DNA of 64,000 nucleotides from Flavobacteriales bacterium (GTDB taxonomy: Bacteria > Bacteroidota > Bacteroidia > Flavobacteriales_F > PHOS-HE28): positions 3,244,420-3,308,419 of the forward strand of contig CP065018.1 of the NCBI GenBank assembly GCA_016700415.1. Reading direction: 5' to 3'. Positions 1-8,753 of this stretch are shown in pieces (position 1 is the first letter of the stretch; each line of letters begins with the position of its first letter). The notes beneath the pieces are model-generated. The model had not been told where the DNA came from. It worked only from the letters and a program-made list of their open reading frames with translations, and did no database searches. Position numbers and translations under genes: made by a program.

Positions 1-933
1 CTCGTCCACCACTCTTGCAACATCCTTCTCGGCATACCCCCGCACGGTTAGGAGCAGTCGGAATTGCCGATCGCTTCCGCTGTCGGTCAGCAGGCGCATC
101 ACGTGTTTGAGGCGCCCTTTTTCAAACAGGTTCGCGTCGTCCACGAGCAGCAGATAGTCGCCTGCCTGACCGCACGTCAGGGTAAGATCTTCATACAGGT
201 CGAGGCTCTTGTCAACGATACATAGAGATCGTATTTTAATGTGTGCAGAACAGTATCGGTTAGTCACCTCCAGGGCCAATCGGGATTTGCCAACGCCTGG
301 TTTACCACGTAGTATTACGATTGAGTGGGAGCCAAGTGCGGATAGAACTTCTTGGACTTCCTTCTCCCTAAATCGGAACTTCGTCTCGTAGCTGGTGGCA
401 TACTTCCCTTGCGACGCATGCCGCTTGAATTCCTCCTTCGAAAGAAGTTGGCCGGTGCCGATCGAAATGCCTAGTTCATCCTTTGCGATATCGACTGACC
501 CTGAGGATAGCTCAGGTGCCAAAATGCTGGGACCGATGATTTCCAGCGGGCATTTGTGGCGTCGTGCCAGCTGTTGCAGTGAGGCATGGTCAGAAGCGCT
601 GAGCCCACGGTTGAGACACAAAACGATTTTGCCGACACGAGGCTTCGCTATGCCGGTGAGTTCCTTTTTCAGGCACTTCGCGTAATCCTTCTTTAGCTTT
701 TGCAGCAACCCCTTGCCCTTCTCTGTGGTGCATTGCATGAAGCCGTATTTCTTGCGCGGAAGTTGGAACCACCCATCGTATGGTGCCACACGGGTCTTGT
801 CCTCTCCTAGCACCCGACCCGTCGCATCTATCGGGGGATAGCCTAGGCGTGGTAGTATCCTTGTACATAGGCGCTCGAAGCGTGCTTGGTTCATGCGCGA
901 GAGCGCACCTTCGATTTGGCTGGTCTTAGACAT
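1..933 (-). CDS. Nuclease (Mrr/PD-(D/E)xK-like)-STAND-type P-loop NTPase fusion, C-terminus runs off the window
   Basis: Hand translation from ATG at 933 is open to base 1: MSKTSQIEGALSRMNQARFERLC...KTRVAPYDGWF...YGFMQCTT, then Walker A GKPGVGKS (283-306) and Walker B YLLLVDD. Not in the ORF track. Confidence 0.8.
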   Translation of the reverse strand, partial: MSKTSQIEGALSRMNQARFERLCTRILPRLGYPPIDATGRVLGEDKTRVAPYDGWFQLPRKKYGFMQCTTEKGKGLLQKLKKDYAKCLKKELTGIAKPRVGKIVLCLNRGLSASDHASLQQLARRHKCPLEIIGPSILAPELSSGSVDIAKDELGISIGTGQLLSKEEFKRHASQGKYATSYETKFRFREKEVQEVLSALGSHSIVILRGKPGVGKSRLALEVTNRYCSAHIKIRSLCIVDKSLDLYEDLTLTCGQAGDYLLLVDDANLFEKGRLKHVMRLLTDSGSDRQFRLLLTVRGYAEKDVARVVDE

Positions 934-986
934 GGAGTTGGAATGCCGCGGTTTTCATCAAATACTTTCATGCAAAGTAGTTCCTG

Positions 987-1430
987 CTAAGCTCTTCGTG
1001 CTATCGCCGCGATGACGCATACTACGGTCAGCCCGGCAAGAACGCCCTTAACCGTGTCGGTCTGTTTACTCGCTTTGACGAAGTTCAGTGTATCATTGAC
1101 AAAGTGCTCGCAGTTGTAATTGAAGGCATCGTACTTCCATCCTATGCGTGAGTTTCCACGATCGATCACGCCTTGGCGCGCCCATTCATCGCCTCGGAAG
1201 GAAGTGATCTCTGTGATCCTGCCAACACGAACGAGGAAGTGATCCATGCGCGTGAAAACCACTCCCTGTCCGACGAGGTTCTCTACAACCCATGCATCAC
1301 CATTGGCGTCATAACCCCAGAACAGCGCGTAGTGCTGAACGAGGTCAAAGAGGCTCTTGGGTGATTTGATAAGGTCAGCGGAGCGCAGGCCATGGTTGGC
1401 TGCAATCTGAAAGGAGTTGTTCCTGGTCAT
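987..1430 (-). CDS. LRAT/NC-domain (permuted NlpC/P60 papain-like) protein with C-terminal hydrophobic helix
   Basis: QHYALFWG His motif, YNCEHF Cys motif, tail VLAGLTVVCVIAAIARR. Start overlaps the DUF2188 stop (TAATG). Confidence 0.8.
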   Translation of the reverse strand: MTRNNSFQIAANHGLRSADLIKSPKSLFDLVQHYALFWGYDANGDAWVVENLVGQGVVFTRMDHFLVRVGRITEITSFRGDEWARQGVIDRGNSRIGWKYDAFNYNCEHFVNDTLNFVKASKQTDTVKGVLAGLTVVCVIAAIARRA

Positions 1431-1654
1431 TAGCCTTTGGGGGGATAAGGGTCTTTGCCATGACTGTCCTTGTCCCGGATCCTACCATCCGGGCGATGGA
1501 TGATCAGCTCGGATCCGTTGTTCTTGGAGATCTCCCGACCGATCTCGATGGCCTTCTTTTGAGTCGGCACGACCACGGTCGCGCGCTTCCCACCTTCGCG
1601 TTTCACCGCCCAGTCGTTTCCGTGCGGGACTACATGTTGGTTCTTCTTTCCCAT
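1430..1654 (-). CDS. DUF2188 family protein
   Basis: QHVVPHGNDWAVKREG...TQKKAIEIGR...ELIIHRPDGRIRDKDSHG matches the DUF2188 pattern. Confidence 0.9.
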   Translation of the reverse strand: MGKKNQHVVPHGNDWAVKREGGKRATVVVPTQKKAIEIGREISKNNGSELIIHRPDGRIRDKDSHGKDPYPPKG

Positions 1655-1676
1655 CTTCGTTGTATGTTTCTGCTTG

Positions 1677-1684
1677 CAAAACTA
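1677..1684 (-). promoter_or_regulatory. Bacteroidota -7 promoter element for the DUF2188-LRAT-NTPase unit
   Basis: TAGTTTTG on the minus strand (TAnnTTTG consensus), about 22 nt upstream of the DUF2188 ATG. Confidence 0.5.
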
Positions 1685-1709
1685 TCTCGCTCTGGGCGCG
1701 GATTTCAGG

Positions 1710-1800
1710 TTGATCGACACTTTCAGTGCGTTGATCGACGATCTTCGGCGATCGATCGACAAGGTTGACGAATAATGTAAATGTATATACATTTGTCAAC
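1710..1800. promoter_or_regulatory. Candidate operator region of the divergent promoter
   Basis: TyGATCGAC at 1710, 1731 and 1752 (21-bp period). Perfect palindrome AAATGTATATACATTT at 1779-1794. GTTGAC/GTCAAC inverted pair at 1764/1795. Confidence 0.5.
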
Positions 1801-1828
1801 CAAGTCCTAAACCCTCAACACAGCACAA

Positions 1829-2896
1829 ATGGACGACGTCCACAGCACCTTCGGCGAGCGCCTTCAACTGGCGCGCAAGATGGCTGGGCTTTCCTATCAA
1901 GGTCTGGCCGACAAGCTGCAAGGCCTCGTGACCAAACAGGCGTTGCACAAGTACGAACAGGACACGATGATGCCTGACAGCGAGAAGTTGATCGCGCTGG
2001 CGAATGCATTGGACGTGACCGTGAACTTCTTCTTCCGACAAGACCCGGTGAAGGTGGAGTTGGAGCATATTGAATTCCGCAAGACGTTACGCCTGCCCGC
2101 CAAGGAGCGCGATGCGATCCTGAGCCGCATCACGGATGAGATGGGCCGCTACTTGGAAGCTGAGCGCTTGATGGGTGCCGGAAAGAGGTTCGTGAACCCG
2201 CTGGCGAAGGAGGACGCAGTGACCGAGCCCGAACAGGCGGAAGAAATGGCGGAACTCCTACGGAGACGCTGGAAACTGGGGGTGGACGGGATACCGAGTG
2301 TGTATGAAACCTTGGAGCAACAAGCGATCAAGGTGATGGAATGCCATGCCTCCAGCCCATTCGATGGCTTGAACGCACGAGTGGACGACCACATGGTGAT
2401 CGTGATGAATGACGAGAAGGAAGTGGTGCGCAAGCGCTTTACCGCAGCGCATGAGCTCGGACATGCGTTACTGAACATTCCGGATGATCTCGATCACAAA
2501 ACCAAGGAACATATCTGCCATCGCTTCGCCGGGGCCTTCCTGTGGCCGCGTGAGCAGTTCATGGACAGAGTGGGGCCAAGGCGCGCGCGCTTCATGCTGG
2601 ATGAACTGGTCGAGTGGAAGCAACGTTGGGGCCTTTCGTTCAAGGCGATCATCCGTCGCTCATACGACCTCGGGATCATTAATGATGCCACCTACAAACG
2701 GTCGCTGATCAACTACAACATGGCGGGTTTCGGCAAGGGTGAGCCGGATGATTACAAGATGCCCGAGCGCACGGTGCGTTTCGAGCAACTCGTTCTTTCG
2801 GGTTTGGCGCAGGACATCCTTTCGCTGAATCAAGCGGCCGACCTGATGAATATGAAGATGGGTGACTTCCGCAAGAAGTACAGCGAAGTGATATAA
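1829..2896 (+). CDS. XRE-family HTH fused to ImmA/IrrE (DUF955) Zn-metallopeptidase
   Basis: N-terminal FGERLQLARKMAGLSYQGLA...LHKYE HTH, and RKRFTAAHELGH HExxH motif. Confidence 0.9.
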   Translation: MDDVHSTFGERLQLARKMAGLSYQGLADKLQGLVTKQALHKYEQDTMMPDSEKLIALANALDVTVNFFFRQDPVKVELEHIEFRKTLRLPAKERDAILSRITDEMGRYLEAERLMGAGKRFVNPLAKEDAVTEPEQAEEMAELLRRRWKLGVDGIPSVYETLEQQAIKVMECHASSPFDGLNARVDDHMVIVMNDEKEVVRKRFTAAHELGHALLNIPDDLDHKTKEHICHRFAGAFLWPREQFMDRVGPRRARFMLDELVEWKQRWGLSFKAIIRRSYDLGIINDATYKRSLINYNMAGFGKGEPDDYKMPERTVRFEQLVLSGLAQDILSLNQAADLMNMKMGDFRKKYSEVI

Positions 2897-3084
2897 TGGG
2901 TGCCACGACGAACCTTGGATCGGAGTCATTGTCCCTTCGGGCCAACCCTGCGGGCGCATGCCTCTGGTCTGCCCATACTTCGTTGTTCCTCGGTCGGAGA
3001 CTTCCAGTATCCTCCCTCGTCACGCCTCGTCTGGCCAAACCATAGTCAAGCGTGACAACCGACCGAGGTTCGTCGAGGCACCCA
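2897..3084. mobile_element. MITE/REP-like element or structured leader bounded by 22-bp imperfect inverted repeats
   Basis: TGGGTGCCACGACGAACCTTGG (2897-2918) matches the reverse complement of 3063-3084 with 2 mismatches. Internal stems 2988-2997/3059-3068 and 3019-3025/3050-3056. Confidence 0.6.
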
Positions 3085-3579
3085 GTCCTGGTCGTGACGG
3101 ATACCAATGTGTTCATTGATCTGATGAGCGTGGATGCCCTTGAGGCGTTCTTCGCATTGTCGTTGGAGGTGCACACGACCGGGTTCGTCACAAACGAATT
3201 GAACAAGGAGCAGTCAGCGTTACTGGTCCCACATATCGGCGGCGGACGAATGCTCATCGATCGCTTCACGGATGTAGAGATCAGGGAGATCATGGAGATG
3301 ACCACACGGAATGTGTTGCACTTCACGGACCGTTCAGTCATTCACTTAGCCGGAAAGCTGACCGCGACGGTCCTCTCCGGAGATGGTCGATTATGGAAGG
3401 AATGCAAGGCTCGGCGGCTGGACGTGCATGGTAGTCTCTGGGTGGTCGAGCAGATATGGGTCAAGCAGCTTGTTCAACCAGTTGCGTGCATTGATAAGCT
3501 GAAAGCCTTGAAGAAGATCAACTCGCGACTTCCGAAGGATAAGATCGATGCGTTGATCGAACGGATCAGGAAAGGATAG
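3052..3579 (+). CDS. PIN-domain (VapC-like) ribonuclease; true start uncertain
   Basis: VVTDTNVFIDL first acidic motif, FTDRSVI and LSGDGRL motifs. Typical partner of HTH-Zn peptidase genes. Confidence 0.8.
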   Translation: MTTDRGSSRHPVLVVTDTNVFIDLMSVDALEAFFALSLEVHTTGFVTNELNKEQSALLVPHIGGGRMLIDRFTDVEIREIMEMTTRNVLHFTDRSVIHLAGKLTATVLSGDGRLWKECKARRLDVHGSLWVVEQIWVKQLVQPVACIDKLKALKKINSRLPKDKIDALIERIRKG

Positions 3580-3633
3580 GTTCTTCACGTGCGCCCCCCA
3601 TCCGCCCCACCTTTGTCCAAAACCCATTCACCC

Positions 3634-4074
3634 ATGATCTGGAAGAAAGGACGCGGCACCCTCGGGCCGCTGGCACCGCTGTTCGGCAGCTGGGAAGCGG
3701 GCGCCGACTCACCGATGGGCAAGGTGCGATGCACGCGCGTGTTCACGGCGGTGCTCGGCGGCAAGTACATCGCGCTGGATTGCGCGTGGCACTTCGGCAA
3801 AGGCGCGTATGAAGAACGAGCGCTCTTCGGCGCGGACAATGGCGTGCTCTCGTTCTGGTCCTTCACCTCGGATGGCAAGCGCAGCAGCGGCGTGCTCAGC
3901 ACTGCGCCTGATATTCACACCGACGCCATCTGTTTCGAGGCGAAGATGCCGGCAGGTATTGCGCGGCAGGTCTATTGGCCCCACGCCGACGGCGGCTTCA
4001 ACTGGGCGGTGGAGAGCAGGACGAAGAAGGGCTGGAACCGGTTTACGCTGCACCATTACCAGGTCAAGCAGTAA
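3634..4074 (+). CDS. Hypothetical protein, possible lipocalin/nitrobindin-like beta-barrel
   Basis: LGPLAPLFGSWE start and alternating beta-strand pattern. ATG at 3634 preferred over GTG at 3589. Confidence 0.55.
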   Translation: MIWKKGRGTLGPLAPLFGSWEAGADSPMGKVRCTRVFTAVLGGKYIALDCAWHFGKGAYEERALFGADNGVLSFWSFTSDGKRSSGVLSTAPDIHTDAICFEAKMPAGIARQVYWPHADGGFNWAVESRTKKGWNRFTLHHYQVKQ

Positions 4075-4181
4075 CGCTGTCCTGACAGCCATCGAACACA
4101 GATCGGCCAGTAGGTGTTCCGAAATCCGATCCTGTCCCGGCCGTTCAACTGGTGGCCGAGAGGCTCCACGAACTCAAACCG

Positions 4182-4523
4182 CTATTTCATTTTTACCATC
4201 GAAAGCACCCTGATCGGGTTCGCTTCTTTGCAGCGGTTCTTCATGCGTAATGGCAGGTAGTCGAAGCGTACACGGAGGCCATCGACCATGAACTCCTCTT
4301 CCAGGTCGGTCGGGTCCAGCAGGTACTCCACCTCTTTGATCTGAATGGTCCACGGGCAGCCATCCTTGGTCGTGGCCTGATGGATCACGCCTATCGTGCC
4401 GTTCTTTTTCGGTATTTCGGCCGGGGGCGATAGCGCTTCCTGTTCTGCAGCAACAGGAAGCTCCTTTTGCGGGGTGCAAGCTGCGAAAGTGAGGGTAGCA
4501 CACAGTGCGAGGAGCATTTTCAT
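4182..4523 (-). CDS. Hypothetical lipoprotein
   Basis: Signal peptide with lipobox TFAAC and a small Cys-containing beta domain. Confidence 0.7.
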   Translation of the reverse strand: MKMLLALCATLTFAACTPQKELPVAAEQEALSPPAEIPKKNGTIGVIHQATTKDGCPWTIQIKEVEYLLDPTDLEEEFMVDGLRVRFDYLPLRMKNRCKEANPIRVLSMVKMK

Positions 4524-4786
4524 AGCGGCGTTTCTTTAGGTGGTCGGCGAAGTGCAACCTGCGTGCCATGTACATGATGATACGCTTCCGATGGAGTTGC
4601 TGTGCAATGTAGCCGAGATCCTCCAGCAACTTGCGGCATATCCCCGCAGCATAGCAGATCTGCGGGTCCGCGTGATGGCATGATCCGGGTTCGATCAGGT
4701 GGGGACCGGTCCGGGATCCAAAGAGTGATGGAATATTATTCCGGCCCTAAGGCGCGGAGGTCATAGTTTGTCCCAAAACAACCTCT

Positions 4787-7741
4787 ATGCGCTCCTTTAC
4801 CTCAGTAGTATCCGTTGCACTCTTTGCCGTGGGCACCGTCGTTCTTGCTCAGGAGGCCCCACAGGCTCCTTCTCCGAACGTGGCCGGTCCCTCGACCTAC
4901 ACCGGGGTCATAACCAAGATACGGGAGGTGCCGTCGCTCTCTTCGCGGTCCATGTTGAACCCTGCAGTGCCTTTGACCGAGGCTCCGAATGACGGGAGGG
5001 CATCCAAGAATCTGGTGGTGCCGGGTAAGGACAGCCAAACGCAGGACGATGTCCTCGCCAGCCATCCGGATCGGCTCAAAGGACAGGTCAAGAGCCGGGA
5101 CGCTTCGCTCGTTTTCGATGTGAACAACAACGTTTCATCGCCATCGGACCCCACGCTGGGTGTTGGTCCTGATCACGTGTTCATCGTTTTCAATACGGGC
5201 TTCATCATCTACGATAAGGAAGGTAATGCGCTTACAGGGCCGTTGAACACGAACAATATCTTTTCCTCAACCGGTTGTTGCGACCTCACCGCTTCCTATG
5301 ATGCCGCGGCGGACCGTTGGGTGTTATCGCTCCTGGGCAACGGGGCCGAGGTTGCTGTATCGGAAGGACCTGACCCGTTGACCACGTCATGGAACCTCTA
5401 CTCGGTGTCCCAGATCAGCGATTATCAAAAGCTCTCCGTTTGGAGCGATGGCTACTACATCACGGACAATACTTCGTCGAACAACAAAGTATGGGCGTTG
5501 GAGCGGTCGGCCATGCTTGCCGGAGCCGCAACACCCGGCATCCAGAGCTTCAACCTTCCCGGCATCGTCACAAGCGGGTTCCAAAGTCCGCAGGTACTTA
5601 ACGTTACGGATGCCAACATGCCCGCTGCCGGCGGTGCTACGGCGATCTACCTGCAGGATGATGCATGGGCCGGGGTCGACTTCGATCACATCAAGGTCTG
5701 GACGATCGATGTGGATTGGGCCACACCGGCCAACTCCTCGGTCTCGGCGGCGACCCAGTTGGCGGCCACACCCTTCATTTCGGTGTTCGATGGCGGGAGC
5801 TTCTCCAACCTGGCGCAACCGGGAGGAGGCACTAGCCTCGATGCATTACAGGCCACGATCATGAACCAAGCGCAGTTCCGCAAGTTCCCGGGGCACAATT
5901 CCGCGGTCTTCAACTTTGTTGTGGATGCGGATGCCACGGCAGGTGAGTTGGCCGCCGTGCGCTGGTACGAACTGCGCCAACCCGCCGATAATGCACCTTG
6001 GGCCATTGAGCAGGAAGGGACCTACACCGCTGAAAATGGGAAACATGCTTGGAATGCGAGCTTGGCGATGGACCAGTACGGCAACATAGGCATGGGCTAT
6101 ACGAGCATGGCCGGGCCCACAACACCAAGCCCTACCAACTTTCGCGTGAGTTCGTACTACACCGGGCGCTTTGCAAGTGACCCGGCCGGTACCATGACCG
6201 TTTCCGAGGAGTTGATCTCAGCAGGCACCGGCAACATCAGCGGCTTCCGATATGGTGATTATGGCAAGATCGATGTGGATCCGGTGAACGGAAAGGAATT
6301 CTGGTACATCACGGAGTATAACCATGGCGGTGGTGGTGCCGATGTGGTCGGTGTATTCCAGATCGCTTCGGACTTCACCAACGACGTGGGGGTGATCACC
6401 ATCGACACACCAACGGACGGGGCGTTGACCAATGCAGAGCCGGTGACCGTTACGGTATTCAACTACGGTCAAGGCCCGGCATCCGGTTTTGATGTATCGT
6501 ACCAGGTCGATGGGGGCGCGGTAATTACCGAGCCGTATGTGGGCACCTTGGCCTCTGCCGTATCGGCACAGCACACCTTCGCCACAACGAGCGACTTCTC
6601 CACCGTCGGTCAGACCTACGCCATGCGGTCGTACACGAGCTATGCCGCGGATGAATTCCACGGGAACGATACCACCACGCAGAACGTGACACACCTGTTG
6701 GGAATTGACCTTGGCGTTACGGCGATCACAAGCCCGTCCACCGGGACCGGATTAACGGCCACGGAGAACGTGACCATCGGGATCACCAATTTCGGTAGCG
6801 TTACCCAGACCTCCGTTCCGGTCTATTACACGGTGAACGGAGGAACGCCGGTGCAGGCGACCTATACCGGGTCCATTGCGGCCGGGGCATCCGCCAATTA
6901 CACGTTCACGGCCACGGCGGATCTCTCCGCGCTCGGCCCTTATAGCCTTGTGGCCGGAACAGAGGCTGTTGATGACGGGGACACGAGCAACGATGACTTC
7001 ACGAAGGCGGTGACCAATAACATCTGCCAACCGATATCCAATTGTGCGGGATACAATGATGGCGTAACGCAGCTCCAGTTGGCGGACCAGAACATCCAGC
7101 CAGCTTGTGGCACCGCGCCTGAAGGGTACAGCTACCAGCCCGACATCGTGTTCAACTTCGTCTTGTCCGACAATCCGTTCGTGTCTTCCTTGGAAATGGG
7201 ATATGACGATTCCGACTTCGCGATCTGGATCGACTTCAATGATAATTTCACGTTCGAGACAAGTGAACGTATCGCAAACGGTACCGTGCCCAATGCGGAT
7301 ACCAACTTTCCGTTCACGGTCAACCTTACAACGATCACGGGTGTAACGCAGGGCATGCACCTCATGCGCGTCCGGGGTACCGATGGGAATAACCTGCTGC
7401 AACCCTGTGCGAACATGAACTACGGCCGTACCAACGATTACACGGCGAACATAACGGGCACGGTGGGTATCGGGACCGATCTTGCCAACGCAGCGAACCT
7501 GAACATCCGCCCATTGCCCGGTGCGCAGTTCTTGCTCACCTATACCACCACCCCGTCCAGCGAGAAGCTGCCGGTCTCCATCTACGATGCGAAGGGCCAG
7601 CTGCTGGCCTACTACACGTTGGACAACGTTGGTGGTGTGTACTCCCGCACGTTGGACATGTCGCACACGAGCGCAGGTGTGTACATGGTGAAGGTGGGTA
7701 CCGCCACGCTGAACGTGGTGAAACGCATCGTGGTGGAATAA
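4787..7741 (+). CDS. Large T9SS-secreted protein (N-terminal propeller-like region, two CARDB/Ig repeats, GEVED-like domain, T9SS CTD)
   Basis: Signal peptide. Two DxGVxxIxxP...VTxxxxNxG Ig repeats. AIWIDFNDNFTFETSERI...MRVR...GRTNDY GEVED-like motif. CTD ending GVYMVKV...KRIVVE. Confidence 0.85.
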   Translation: MRSFTSVVSVALFAVGTVVLAQEAPQAPSPNVAGPSTYTGVITKIREVPSLSSRSMLNPAVPLTEAPNDGRASKNLVVPGKDSQTQDDVLASHPDRLKGQVKSRDASLVFDVNNNVSSPSDPTLGVGPDHVFIVFNTGFIIYDKEGNALTGPLNTNNIFSSTGCCDLTASYDAAADRWVLSLLGNGAEVAVSEGPDPLTTSWNLYSVSQISDYQKLSVWSDGYYITDNTSSNNKVWALERSAMLAGAATPGIQSFNLPGIVTSGFQSPQVLNVTDANMPAAGGATAIYLQDDAWAGVDFDHIKVWTIDVDWATPANSSVSAATQLAATPFISVFDGGSFSNLAQPGGGTSLDALQATIMNQAQFRKFPGHNSAVFNFVVDADATAGELAAVRWYELRQPADNAPWAIEQEGTYTAENGKHAWNASLAMDQYGNIGMGYTSMAGPTTPSPTNFRVSSYYTGRFASDPAGTMTVSEELISAGTGNISGFRYGDYGKIDVDPVNGKEFWYITEYNHGGGGADVVGVFQIASDFTNDVGVITIDTPTDGALTNAEPVTVTVFNYGQGPASGFDVSYQVDGGAVITEPYVGTLASAVSAQHTFATTSDFSTVGQTYAMRSYTSYAADEFHGNDTTTQNVTHLLGIDLGVTAITSPSTGTGLTATENVTIGITNFGSVTQTSVPVYYTVNGGTPVQATYTGSIAAGASANYTFTATADLSALGPYSLVAGTEAVDDGDTSNDDFTKAVTNNICQPISNCAGYNDGVTQLQLADQNIQPACGTAPEGYSYQPDIVFNFVLSDNPFVSSLEMGYDDSDFAIWIDFNDNFTFETSERIANGTVPNADTNFPFTVNLTTITGVTQGMHLMRVRGTDGNNLLQPCANMNYGRTNDYTANITGTVGIGTDLANAANLNIRPLPGAQFLLTYTTTPSSEKLPVSIYDAKGQLLAYYTLDNVGGVYSRTLDMSHTSAGVYMVKVGTATLNVVKRIVVE

Positions 7742-7758
7742 AGGGAGGGGACGAAAGG

Positions 7759-8751
7759 TCAAACCACCACCACCACGTTCCCGACCTTTTCGCCGGAGTC
7801 CACGTAGCGGTGGGCCTCTACGATCTGTTCCAGCGGATAGCACCGGTCGATCACGGGGCGGTACGAACCTGCGGCAGCTAACGAAGCGAACAGCTCCGCG
7901 TCGGCCTGCGTGATCTTCGGGACGGGGAAGAGCACGCGCTTGCCTCCAAGCAGCGGCGTGAGCATCGCCAGCAACGGGTTCTGAAGCCAAGGGCCCAGCT
8001 CGGTGGAGAGGTAGATGCCCTTCGGCTTCAGCAATGGCTTGCAGCGGCCGAAGCAGCTTTTGCCCACGGCGTCGAACACCAGGTCGAACCGCTCCTTGCT
8101 TTGGATGAAGTCCTCCTTCAGCCGGTCGATCACGGTGGTGGCCCCGAGCGAGCGCACCAGCGCCATGTTCAGGGTGTCCGCCACGGCGGTGACGGTGGCG
8201 CCCAGGTGCCGGGCGAGTTGCACGGCCGCCGAGCCGATGGCGCCCGTGGCCCCGTTCACCAGTACTTGCTGGCCGGGCCCCACGTCCGCGGCGCGCAGGT
8301 CGCACAGCGCGTAGTGCGCGCCCTCGCAGAGCGGCGCGCAGGCGGCGTGGTCGTGGCCCTCGGGTTGCAGCGCCACGGCACCTTCGGCATTCACGCACAC
8401 GTATTCCGCATGGGCGCCGAAGCGGTCGTCCTCGGTGAAGCCGAATACGCGGTCACCGACGGAGAAGCGCTGCACGCCGGTGCCCAAGGCGGCCACCGTA
8501 CCGGCGTATTCGCAACCCGGCCGCGTGCGCTTCGGACGCAGGAACCCCGCGTAAGGCCGCACGATCAGGGGCTTGCCGGTGCGGAAGCCGCTGTCGGTGC
8601 GGTTCACGGTGGTGGCATGCACCTTCACCAACAGCTCGCCTGCACGCGGTGTGGGCACGGGCACGTCCATCAGATGCACCACCTCCGGCGGCCCGTAGGC
8701 TGTATGCACGGCGGCGCGCATGGTGGAGGGGAGGGAGGACGATGCGGACAT
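7759..8751 (-). CDS. NAD(P)-dependent medium-chain alcohol dehydrogenase/quinone reductase-like protein
   Basis: YGPPEV...LVKVHATTVN...PG.EYAGTV, VLVNGATGAIGSAAVQLA, HRYVDSGEKVGNVVV. Confidence 0.9.
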   Translation of the reverse strand: MSASSSLPSTMRAAVHTAYGPPEVVHLMDVPVPTPRAGELLVKVHATTVNRTDSGFRTGKPLIVRPYAGFLRPKRTRPGCEYAGTVAALGTGVQRFSVGDRVFGFTEDDRFGAHAEYVCVNAEGAVALQPEGHDHAACAPLCEGAHYALCDLRAADVGPGQQVLVNGATGAIGSAAVQLARHLGATVTAVADTLNMALVRSLGATTVIDRLKEDFIQSKERFDLVFDAVGKSCFGRCKPLLKPKGIYLSTELGPWLQNPLLAMLTPLLGGKRVLFPVPKITQADAELFASLAAAGSYRPVIDRCYPLEQIVEAHRYVDSGEKVGNVVVVV

Positions 8752-8753
8752 GT

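Noticed and set aside
3043-3045. Pyrrolysine recoding of the in-frame TAG upstream of PIN
   Set aside because: No pyl genes in view, and the 49 upstream codons do not resemble any PIN N-terminal extension.
4174-4629. 151-aa minus-strand ORF overlapping the lipoprotein gene
   Set aside because: It is an off-frame overlap with 4182-4523, which has a clear lipobox, and it has no motifs.
6752-8398. 548-aa minus-strand ORF, and similar long alternative-frame ORFs (17393-19009, 26448-27785, 50049-51701, 54552-55727)
   Set aside because: They overlap well-supported genes antisense or off-frame, are Arg/Gly/His-rich with no motifs, and are expected shadows of GC-rich codon usage.
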